A DNA stretch of 64,000 nucleotides from Acanthaster planci (taxonomy: Eukaryota), in the NCBI RefSeq assembly GCF_001949145.1, contig NW_019091362.1:832427-896426 (forward strand). Direction: 5' to 3'. Positions within the stretch are counted from its first letter, which is position 1; the number at the start of each line of letters is the position of its first letter. Of the stretch, positions 11,361 through 23,300 are shown piece after piece. Under the pieces are notes generated by a model, which saw only the letters and a list, made by a program, of their open reading frames with translations, was not told where the DNA came from and made no database searches. The position numbers and the translations under genes are program-made.

Positions 11361-14300
11361 CTGCCAAGAGAACACAGACCAACATCAACTTTCCTTAATT
11401 CTGGATTCTTATTTTCAAATGCATACATGCAACTTGTTCTCTCGCAATGGATGACGTCACAACCTGTCGTTCTTCCTTGTCCAATGTTCCTTACTCTTCT
11501 AAATACTCAAACCCAAAAGGAAATGTGCAATGAATGTTAACTCATGATCATTACTCACTCTTCTGTACATTTTCTCGTTCAGTATACGTTTCTCTTCTGA
11601 AGGACTGTTACCATACCTAGCAGACATGTTTTTATAATAATAATACAAGGACAGACTTGTATGGTGTGATTATCCAGGAACTCAATCAAGACACCTGCAA
11701 CTTTATTACTTTTATCCCTGCCTAAGCAAATTCCTTCAAGCCATGTCAGTCCCATGGACAAAACTCGGTTGGATGATGCCACTCAATATGCAAATGGCTC
11801 ATCAAAAACAATACCATCTCTGCCCTCCCAGATATCTACATGAACATGTAGGTCTTTCTCTCAAATGATATCCCTTCTAACAGATTGCCATGTGCCGTAA
11901 CATTTTGGACTTTTCAGGATGGCATCAGCTGCTCTTTGGGGGTTAAAGTGAGCAAGGGTGGATCCAGGGGGGCCGACAAGGGCTATGGCCCCCAGAAAAT
12001 TGAGCCAAAAACTGTAATTTTTTTAATTAACCACTTCGTGCCGGGGCATTTTGAAATGTTGAGGATGCTGGGCCGGCATGACTATCATTTTTTTCGTTNN
12101 NNNNNNNNNNNNNNNNNNNNNNNNNNNNNNNNNNNNNNNNNNNNNNNNNNNNNNNNNNNNNNNNNNNNNNNNNNNNNNNNNNNNNNNNNNNNNNNNNNNN
12201 NNNNNNNNNNNNNNNNNNNNNNNNNNNNNNNNNNNNNNNNNNNNNNNNNNNNNNNNNNNNNNNNNNNNNNNNNNNNNNNNNNNNNNNNNNNNNNNNNNNN
12301 NNNNNNNNNNNNNNNNNNNNNNNNNNNNNNNNNNNNNNNNNNNNNNNNNNGAGAGCGAAAAATGCCGGTATTGCCCAGCAGCGTGGTCTTTTGTTCGGAG
12401 TATGGTCTTTTGTTACAGGGCCCTGTTTCTTTTGTTCGAGGTCGGAGACCCCGGCCACACATATAAACCATACGGCTCCGATTTCGGAGTCCCCGGCTGG
12501 TAGTGGTTAAAAATTGGCAGTTATTTTGAATGTATATCATTTCTCTTCCCAAAGCATGTGAAAAAATCCATATCCCATGAAAAAATTTCCAAAACTTTTG
12601 CAACCCACCAAAAAACAAATCTGATCCCCCCCAACACTTGGCTTACAGATCCACCCTTGACAATGAGTGGCCCAAGTTCCCAACATTAGTCCAATGTCTG
12701 GATTCCAACCCCCACATAGCCCTATGAGCGCAAGTTATAAACTCTAACCACCAGGCTGTACATGGTCACATTAAGAAGGGTCACAGTTACCTGTGTTCTG
12801 TGGACGACTTCCTCCTGCACCAGAGCCCGCACAAAATCAGCTGAATTCTGAAAGTGGACGTTATCTAGATGGTACACATATGCCAAAAGGAAAAACAATT
12901 AAAGGCTTATTCAAATTTGTTTTATTTTTCCATGCATGAAATGAATGAAAACAAACAATTGGAGAGGGGGGGCAATGAAATTTATCTTGCAGAGATAATC
13001 TGTACCAAATTCCNNNNNNNNNNNNNNNNNNNNNNNNNNNNNNNNNNNNNNNNNNNNNNNNNNNNNNNNNNNNNNNNNNNNNNNNNNNNNNNNNNNNNNN
13101 NNNNNNNNNNNNNNNNNNNNNNNNNNNNNNNNNNNNNNNNNNNNNNNNNNNNNNNNNNNNNNNNNNNNNNNNNNNNNNNNNNNNNNNNNNNNNNNNNNNN
13201 NNNNNNNNNNNNNNNNNNNNNNNNNNNNNNNNNNNNNNNNNNNNNNNNNNNNNNNNNNNNNNNNNNNNNNNNNNNNNNNNNNNNNNNNNNNNNNNNNNNN
13301 NNNNNNNNNNNNNNNNNNNNNNNNNNNNNNNNNNNNNNNNNNNNNNNNNNNNNNNNNNNNNNNNNNNNNNNNNNNNNNNNNNNNNNNNNNNNNNNNNNNN
13401 NNNNNNNNNNNNNNNNNNNNNNNNNNNNNNNNNNNNNNNNNNNNNNNNNNNNNNNNNNNCACGATACAAAAACATCTGAAAATTAGTTGAGCTTGCCTGG
13501 CATTCTCTGCAATTGTGGCATAACCTATAGCTTCAGACACTGTGGCATGGAAGTAGACTATACACATTATGACTTATTCTAAGAGAATGTAGCCACAAGT
13601 CTGGTGTCTACCTCAGTGGCATATTTCAACCATGCTGAATCCCCAAGATTGTTCATTACTACACTGACCAGTGCAGAGTGAAGATCATTTCACTCACCAT
13701 CTGCAGTTCCATGGATGAGGAAATAGTTTAATCCTTTCAAATTCTTGGCTCTTGCTGACAAATTGGTGTGCTACCATCAAACAACAAAAAATTGAGATAA
13801 TCAGAAATCAATCAAGATTGAAAGATACTGTCCTCGGCTCGATCTGACTCCCATGCCCCGGCTCAATCCGACTCCCATTCCCCGGCTCGATCTGACTTCC
13901 ATGCCCCCGGCTCAATCCGACTCCCATTCCCCAGCTCAATCTGACTCCCATGCCCCCGGATCGATCTGACTCCCATGCCCCATATTCAAGTCCTTCTTAC
14001 ACTGTGAACTTGATTGAAGTTTCTACTCTACTTTTATTTCATTCCAACAGTCTAGGATTCAGCAAGTACACACTTGATAATTCAGAATTAAAATTCAATC
14101 CAGTCCATGAGTACCTTTGTTGCAATCAGAATCTTTTTTCTCAGTGGCCTGTATTAAGTCTGTTTTCTGCTGCAACGGCCACCCAGAATGGAACTTTAAA
14201 ACTGATATGGAAAAGGTGGACAGGTTCCTGAGTGATTCTATGGAGAAAATTCAACACTATTTACATATGGGACCATCCAAATTGAATCATTTCTGCATTT

Positions 14301-17300
14301 TACTGTCTCAGCCGATCCACACATAGTGATATTGTGGCACACAGTGGTCTTGTTTTTGCGATCAATAATTTGGAATAAAATCTGTCTTATACCTTGTATC
14401 CTTCCATATTGTCACATGACTCAGGGATACCCATGTAGCGCTCAGTGTAGATGGAATCTGTCAGAAAAAAACGTATAAACCAAGTTTCCCAAACTACTGC
14501 TGCCTTGATCTTTGATCTTGTTTACCATAGAACTTTTTGTTTGCTCATGGGGGAACTGTACTTTTCCTCTGATGTGCTGATATACTGGTTCAAATGACGT
14601 CTCAATTCACTAGAAATGGGGAATTTATACTGACCTATGGGCCTTGAAATTGAATTTGGTACATCAGGATAATTACACAGGGAAATGAGTTGAACTGAGT
14701 CTTTCAGAAACCAGTATTGAGACAACAAGTGACAATTTTGAAGACAAATATTACTTCCAAAAACATGGAGTTCAAAGAATCTGGAGTCCATTCACCATGG
14801 ACGAATAGCTGGTTTGCTGTTCAACACAAAACCAATTAGACAGAACGAAATGCGCAAAAAGTATGAAACCGCCATTTCAGTGTGCAGGACTTACCATAAT
14901 ATCTGAAGTCTGTGACTGGGGCCACAGATATGGCGTACTTGAAGATGTCATCATTGCGACTGAGGGCCATAGCAGCGGCAAACCCACCATAAGACTACAA
15001 CAAAACCAAGTACAAGTATATTCATAATTCATATTTGAGTGTACTGTCTATTTGAAAGCGGTTTAGCTGAGCAAGTTTACTTAAATACATTTTTTTTCTG
15101 TCCAAATTGTGAACCCAAAATTTGCTCACTGAAAGCACTTCTGATAATGGGCTGCTCGTTGGTTTTTGGCTGTGTAGAGTCCTTGCACAGCAATAAACTA
15201 CCAAAGCGAAGAAACCTGTCTCATACATTTGTTGTGTGCACATATAGCTTGCCATTGACCTCTACTCAATGACCTTTGGGGAAACATGGATCACAGGTGA
15301 GATTTTCAGCGTTAAGAATTCATTGGTTGTATTATATGATAAAATAAATTCTGCAGAAAATATGGCAGTCAGAAAGCTGGGTTTTGCACACTTAGTGCAC
15401 ATTGGAAGTCGCACTTACACGTAGAAAGAGGGTTATTTGACTTACCCATCCCCAAATCCCAATTTTGGTGCTATTGATGTATTCAAACTTCTTCAGAATA
15501 TGCCTTTGGAAAGAAAAAACAAAAATGTTTTTGCTGTTTCAAGACTGATTTTTATGACTTATTTTGTGACTAACGATAGTAAGGGTTGCCACATTTCAAT
15601 ATGTCAACGGAATATACATGTATATGACCAAATATTTCAGACTTGACACTTATGCTACTTGTCTAAGTATTTTAACCCCAAAAGTGGGAGAGGGAATCCA
15701 AGCCCCCCCCCTAAAATTTTATGTGCTATCTTTGCATTGCTTGTTCTTTTCCTGCTGTGACTTTAATTTTTACAATAATGTCTTACGATCATCTCAACGT
15801 TAATTTTATGAAAATCAGACTTGCCATTCTAGTGAAAATGCTCAATATTTCAAGACAGGTCAGCCAAACAATGCTAACTTGTTTTATCGACGCGTTTCAA
15901 TGTACGTGGGTTCACACGTGTCAGGCCATGAACCCTAAATGAACATAGCAACAAAACCACATGTTGTTGGATTGAGTTGGATCTTCACAGATGTACTCCT
16001 TACAAATGTTTCTGCATGCGTGTCAAGTTGGAAAACGATGGGGCACGGGTCAACGCAGATCACGGGGGAGGGCTTGGGGACGCCTCCCCAAACTCTGAGA
16101 TTTGCTACAGAAACAACCTCAGGCTCATTTAGCAATCTGGTGAGATGATAACGTAGCTATCTGAATGTACATTATGTGCACTGATACTTCACAAGTTTGT
16201 TCAGTCTAGTACTGTGTTGGTTGGGTCACCCACTCTGATTGACTTACCGAACCCCTATCATCTGGTCCTGAACTTCAACCGTTCCAAACCGTTTGTAAAT
16301 CTGGTAGAGATGCCTCTCTCCTTGAAACCCTGAGCCCCTACCATCAATGTTAACCACAATAACGTAGAACTTGCTGGACAGGTAGGCATTCCAGCCCAGC
16401 TCAAACCGATCGTTGACCATCTGGGACCCCGGCCCGCCGTAGACGTGGACCAATATCGGGTGCTTCCGTTTTTTGTCCAACGCCCGCGGGAGCCAGAGCT
16501 GAACGGGGAGGGTGTACTCGCCGACTTGCACCTCCAGGAAGGTCTTGTTGGGGTAGGCTTTGCCATCCAGGGCCAGGGTCAAAACCTTGTTAGTCTCCAC
16601 CACCAGCACCTTGTCGGTGCCCGTCTGGTGCAACGTGGTGCGTGGGATGTGGGGTCCAAGACAGTTCAGCTTGTACCAGGATTTGTCAGGACTGAAGGAG
16701 GCATCGTAGTAGGTACAGTTTACATTGAGATCGCAGGATAGGCAGGTACGTGTGAACGGCTTCTCGGTGGTCACGCTAGTAAGACAAGATTTAAAAGAAA
16801 GCCACAGTCAAAAATGATGCACTAAAGTAAATTACAAATCATAAAAGATTCTACTCTTACTAGTTCAATACTACTGGTCTTAAACCCCAACAATCTTCAA
16901 TCCTTCATGTGTTGGACGAATTAAGACAGATTATGGGTTAAGGTTAAGACAGACTATGCCGAGTCTATCATAAATTAACAGTGAATAACCAATCATCTAC
17001 GACTACATGCACTGCTACACAATAGTGCTTCACACTTCATTAGAAGCACGAGTAAAACAAACTTGTGATGAAATCATAACCATATTGATGATTCAATTCG
17101 ATTTTCTCTGAAATGAATGATAGGCGTACCTATACAGGTGTCTCCCACGAATGGATCTCTCCGTACTGATGTAGTACACTAACTTGTCTGATTGGCTGTA
17201 AGCAACAATGGATGTGACCTCCCAACGACCTTGAGTCAAAAAGGTCACTTTGCCAGGTGACTGCTGTGGATCAACAAGCCAATACAAGAACATTTAGAAA

Positions 17301-20300
17301 TGAATGCTAAAAGGTTAAAAAGAATATGTTCTTTAGTTATATAACCCACTGATGGAGAAAATACAGAAGTCAAACATGGTTTGGCACTGCATTAATATTG
17401 TATTAATCATGTAGTAACTAACATGTATTATGCACCAATTCCAGACACTAAATTATAACTTGATCAAGCAAACAAATGTAAAGACGCTAACCAAACAACT
17501 TCCATATGCCCATAGAGTAGAGCCAAGAGATGCAAGGTTCACCAGCAAACAAAAACACTTCTTGCGCACCAAAGAACCAACAAATGGCTCTACTCGTATA
17601 TGGCCTGGGCTGGGAATCGAACCCAGGACCCCAGTGGTGAGAGGCAAGTGCTCTTTACACTAGCCACCATGCCATTACTGAGTTGAACAAGATTGACATG
17701 TCCAGCTGGCCCATGGACGAGTACCCCCTCTAAGGTGGAAAATGGGGAGTCTGATCTGCAAAATGACTGGTTTACTCTCCATATTAGGCATGCGCATGCA
17801 CGACTTAGGACAGAAAAGGTCAATTATCACTTACGTCTGTAGTCACGAGTGCAACGTGGTAATAGTTGCCGTGTGAGCCCTCTCTCTGGGGTAGTATTCT
17901 GACATAGTCTATCTGATCTGATCCCTCAGAAAATTTGGGTGCTCCACGCTGTTTTGGAAAAGGGAAATGAACACGTCAGTTGAACGGATGTTGGACTGAG
18001 ATTTTATTAACCCAAACAGTCCTCAATCCTCCCAACAGGTGAAGGATTGAGGACTGCTGGGTTAAGATGTTGGTTCTGAATGTTGGAATTTAACTGCGAA
18101 AATAATAGAAAAAAGTTTCCCTTTAAATATCAATGTCAGCTATTGACATTTCACACCATCCAGGGAAACATTACTTTTCGCATACCACATAAATAAACCC
18201 CTGTCATATGATTGAATTCTAAATTATTATTATTATTACTAAATTGTAGATTGTGATGGAGATGCTCAATCAGTCTCCAGGCTAATATCAACCAATTTCA
18301 CACTCACATCAACAACCCATCCACCGGGTGTCTCAAACTCATAGCTAATTTGACAGTTTCCGGAATCCACGCGGCACAGTGTCAGCACAGAGTAGTTCTG
18401 TGGCCGGTTCAGCCAAGTCACCGCAATTATGTCACTGTTGACCCAGACTACATGTTGGTAGTAATAATCCCTGTGGTGGTGAGAAGATTGGGAAAATATG
18501 GTCTGTTCATGGATTCTCAGGAAAGAAATCTACCAGTTGCTTTAGGGCCCACTAAATAAGGAAGCCACTGAGACAAAAACATCATGTAGATAAACTATTT
18601 TGCATGTGTTGATGATGCATGCTGTGCGCAAAGCAGTTTTCCAAAACTTCATTTCCAACTTGATCTTCAGCTTTAGGGTTTAGTTTCATAAAGTTAAAGA
18701 GGCTGGTAGAACCGTCATATGCCGGTGAAATTCTGTGCCAGACGCCCTCATGAATACGCTACAGATTTACTCAATTATTATAATGTGCTCTAGTTGTGCT
18801 GGAAAAGCATGAATAAGCATCAGTCTTCACCCACGGAGTCCACAAACCCACACAAGGAAACCTACTGGCGTTCACAGCAAGAACTTTGTTAGGTAATTTT
18901 ACTTTTGGGAGCAGTGTTATGCGTTTCTTGTCATGTCGTGCACCAAGGATTACTCTACAACTGGCTCTTTCCTGATGTACAAATCTGGATTAGTTTTGAC
19001 TGAAATACCATCACAACAGTTAAAAGTGTGTAATGCCCCAAAATGAACTGAATCTAGAATAGAATCTTCAAATAATGTACCTATTACTGATGCTGCCTGG
19101 AGGAACTAGAGTGACTGGGTTGTTAAAATTGGCAGTGCTTGTGACTTGGAGGGAAAAGGTTGGATTCTCATAGCCCGCTTTGGGATAACCAAACTCTTCC
19201 AGCTTGCTGTAGCGCAGGTTCTCATACTTGGGGTACCAGGCTTTGTCTACCTTGCTGTCGTTGAAGGATGCATAGGCGATTTTGGTACCATCAGGGGACC
19301 AGTAGATGGCATTGTCACTACTCAGGAGCTCTTCTGTGGACCAAGGAAAGAACATTGAGAAGAGCCGGCAGTGAGAAACTCAACGATGTGTGTTTTGCTC
19401 ATCTTCAGGAAAAATTACACAAAGATCTTTATGTGGATGGGGCAGAGGAACAGTGTTTGGTTTGTGAGTGATCATTTATTTGACAAAAAAACTTTAGGTT
19501 CAAGACAGTGATAAATGCCGTTTTAAAAAGAAAACAAAATCGAGAGTGGTGTGCCTGCAAGCATGCTAATATGACAAGCATAATCAGACCCCACTACTGT
19601 GAAGGTACTATGGACATGCTCATTACATGACCCTCAGATGAGGTGATGCCACTGGTCAAATGCACGCATGTGTCTAGGTTAAGAGCTTGTGCACGATTAT
19701 GGTACCACACTGTAGTTATGACATCTCCTTCAATTGGTCTTTCACATGGCTTTATTGACTTTATTCACAAGTCAGCCATGCAGGGCTCAAAATCGGTGAG
19801 CGCAGGTAGCCAAAAAGCACCCGCTTGTCTCATAAATGTGCCCTAAATTATAAATAAAGGCACAAGTACTAACGCCCGTTTGCTTCCATTCTTGCCATGA
19901 AAAATACCTAAACTATTTTACTTCAGATAGCCCTTGTCATGGAACCCCAAGGTAAGTACAATTTTTTACGTCACCGAGCAGTAGCACGGCAAGCTAACAC
20001 AAGCGGCTAGTAAGAACAGTACTGGAGCTCCGTAATGCATGCGACTGAATCTACTGTACATTGTACATACAAGTACGTGCGTACAGTCATATATATTTGC
20101 TGTGTGATCAACCAGCTCGAAGTGCAAGCCTTGTGTATAAACAGCATCCGGGGATCATCTGGTTATTGTGTTGTGATTGGCTGCCAACGAAACATCAATA
20201 TTCATACATCTGTCAGTGGGACTCATTACAGCCGTTCCTGCGTGAGCGGAAGTTGTGACTAACAATCTGCACTATAATTTCACTGTGAATTTACGGCTTG

Positions 20301-23300
20301 ACATTAAGGTTAGTACATTTTTGGCTTTTGCCGATAGAGGGTTTCGTTACAACTGGCGTGGGCCAAGGTGCGTAAAGTTACTGTGTCATGCATCACCATG
20401 CGGGTTTTTCAAACAAATTTTGGACATTAACTTATCAGAATGTCCATGCAACACAAATGTATAATTGTCCAAACTGTCTGACCCGGATACAACTTTTGAC
20501 AGAACCGATCCTCAAGTTACGAATCCATGGAAAAAAACAGTGGATGAAATAAACCGTAGACCATCAAAATCACTTTTTAATTTAAAAAAAAATCCCCACC
20601 TAAAAATTTTTGACCAAAAAACTTTAGAAGAAAAAAGATACTACTCACCAACAAAACCTATTTTTTGCAATGTAATCATGGTAATAGGAATCACAACTAT
20701 AATACTGTTTGACCTTAAGCTGTTTAATTTTCTAGAACATGTATGGCATATGGAAGCTACTTGCTCAAGTAAACTGACAAATTCAGCTGGCTAGGGAGCA
20801 AGTACTTGGTCCCGTGATGGTTAGCCCCATTTCAAGTCCTGCCAGACTGAATCAAAAGCAAGGTAAACTTTTTTATTTTAGGAACCTTAGAATAAAAATG
20901 ACGGCAATGAAAATGCATTACAGTCAATTCCATTTGCAATGAAGAATAAAAAAATTCAAAATTTGTGACTCATGGTGTTATAGATGTTTAAGCAACATTG
21001 AAAATAAATGACAGCAAGGCATGGAACCCAAAATAGTCTGGCACTGCCCCATTGGACAAATTACATTGAATAAGAGAGATTCAGGGCACATGATCAAGAA
21101 TATAGCTTCCTTTTGAATAAGGTCCATAGGTTTCTCCACTAGAGTCGACCAAAGCATCCACTTCACTAGCTTTAAGAGCGAGGTAGCAAATACTTTCTCT
21201 GACACGAGACAACATGTGAAACAGGTTGACACATACCCTCATAGACCCAGTCAGGGATACCATGAAATATGACCCCTTCTTCTCCAGTCTGAGTGACTTG
21301 CACTGCTGTGTCGCCGATGGGTACTTTCCCATCGCCCCACGGTATGGAGTCTAGGTAGTACATGTTGTTCTTGTACACGTATATCTGGAAAAGAAAAGAA
21401 AATTGCACCAGCATTTTGATTTAAAATTGTCCAGCAAAAGCGACTCCTTTAAAATGCCACACTTTAAGTCACTGTATCCAATTGTTTTGAGCTGATTATG
21501 AATGTAACTTCATTCATGAAGAACTGATTAACTTTGCAGATGGTGCAGAAACTTATTTGGTGTGGAAAGTTGTCCCTGTAAACGAAACTGGTAGGTTAGC
21601 TAAACAATGCATGCATAGTGTATGTGCATGGAACAGAGTTTGACATTCTACTCAAGACTTCATCAAATTCAACGTTCAGATAGAATTGCATTGTCACAGA
21701 AAAGTTATAAAAAGTTGTGAAGAATAAAAGATCAAGACTAGCTCACAAAATTATGTCTACATGATGAATCTGAGCTGTTAGGACGGACACTACACCAAAA
21801 TAGGCCAATGTAAATGAAAAGTTCCAACATGAGAGAATTGAAGGGGAGAGAGAGTTTTCAAAATTCCTTACCAAGCCAGAGCCCACTGGTGCCCAAGCTG
21901 CATATCGTAAATCAACCGGTTCCTTCAACCCTGGGGCAGTCAGACCAACTGATGCTCTGTAGAAAAACATGTAAAACGTTTGTAAAGACTTAGAACATCA
22001 CATGCAATTTCCACACCAGCTTACAAACATTTAGCAGTTCCACAATGAAACAACAAAATGATCGGGCAAAGGGATGGAACACCATAAAATCTGACAAGGT
22101 TTCTCTGAACTCTGGACTCTGGTCACTTCTCACATACTCTAATTCTGGCACACTGTTTTTGTCAACCTGGATAAAAACCTTGGGGAGAAGTGACAAGCTC
22201 CCAATGATGCGGACCCACACTAAGACAGCCACCAACACCTACAAACAATTGTTTTACAGTGAAATCAACCAGCAACCCATGTTAGAAATCATTATCATCT
22301 TGGTGCCATGTTCAAGCAGGTCACAGGTAGGCACTCACTATTCCTTTAATCAAATGTCTTTCACGACTTACTAAACTAACTGTCAATCTCAAATTCAAGA
22401 ACATGTCAGTCATGATTCAAGTATGGTACAAACTCTCTATATTTTCTAAACTGCAATTGTGATTTTAGTCGAAGTGAAATCTAAAGTGAAATACAACCAC
22501 AACAATTCTCCAAACTTACCCCTTTTCGAGATTATACAGCTTGTACTGGGCATAGAAGCTATGGCGATATAGATTCTTGATGTTACATGCCAGCAAGATG
22601 TAGGTCATGTCTGAGTTCACCCAGAATTTAGTGGCATCCTCTTCACTCTGAAATGATGACAAGAGAGAGGGAGGTATGGTGAAATTTGAGAACATTTTAT
22701 TGGGACACTAATGATATTTCAATCTGTAATGAAAACCTACAAATTCATATGAGTGTCAACAACAGCGATAACAAAAAAGCTCTTGAAATGCATGAGATCA
22801 GTAGCTATAAGGAGCTGTCTATTATTCTCGGCTCAAACATTCCTGATTTTTAAGTCCAATCACTGCAAACAGCAATGGTCTTCAGTACATCCAGGTGATT
22901 CTGGTAGGGTAGTTCATTAGTAGGATCATTAAAGATCAGGAAGTGTCCCAGCAAATTTTGACATGTTCAAAATAGTTGGGGTGATTCATGAATAAATATC
23001 AATTCTATTACTCTAGTTGCATTTGTAACTAATTCTGGATATTCGTTCCACATTCTAAAAATTTCATAGGGTAATTCTTGCTGATAGAAGTCCAAAATCA
23101 TGCAGAATCATTATGAACGTATCAAAAATGTACACATTTTTACACAAAGATTTTAAGAATAAATAAGAATACTGTTATCTTTGAAATATAAGCTGCCCAG
23201 TGTGTAAACCACAACACGCAAAAATCGGCAAATTAAGATCTGAAGTTAGCATATAAGCCGCACCGGCGTATAAGCCACACAGCGGCGCAGCATGACTATC

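Noticed and set aside
16258..16741. Overlapping alternative-frame and antisense ORFs in the large DPP4 exon
   Set aside because: Shadow ORFs of GC-rich coding sequence with no recognisable motifs
17590..17673. tRNA gene
   Set aside because: A/B boxes are present but there is no complete cloverleaf or acceptor stem, and it continues into a SINE-like body
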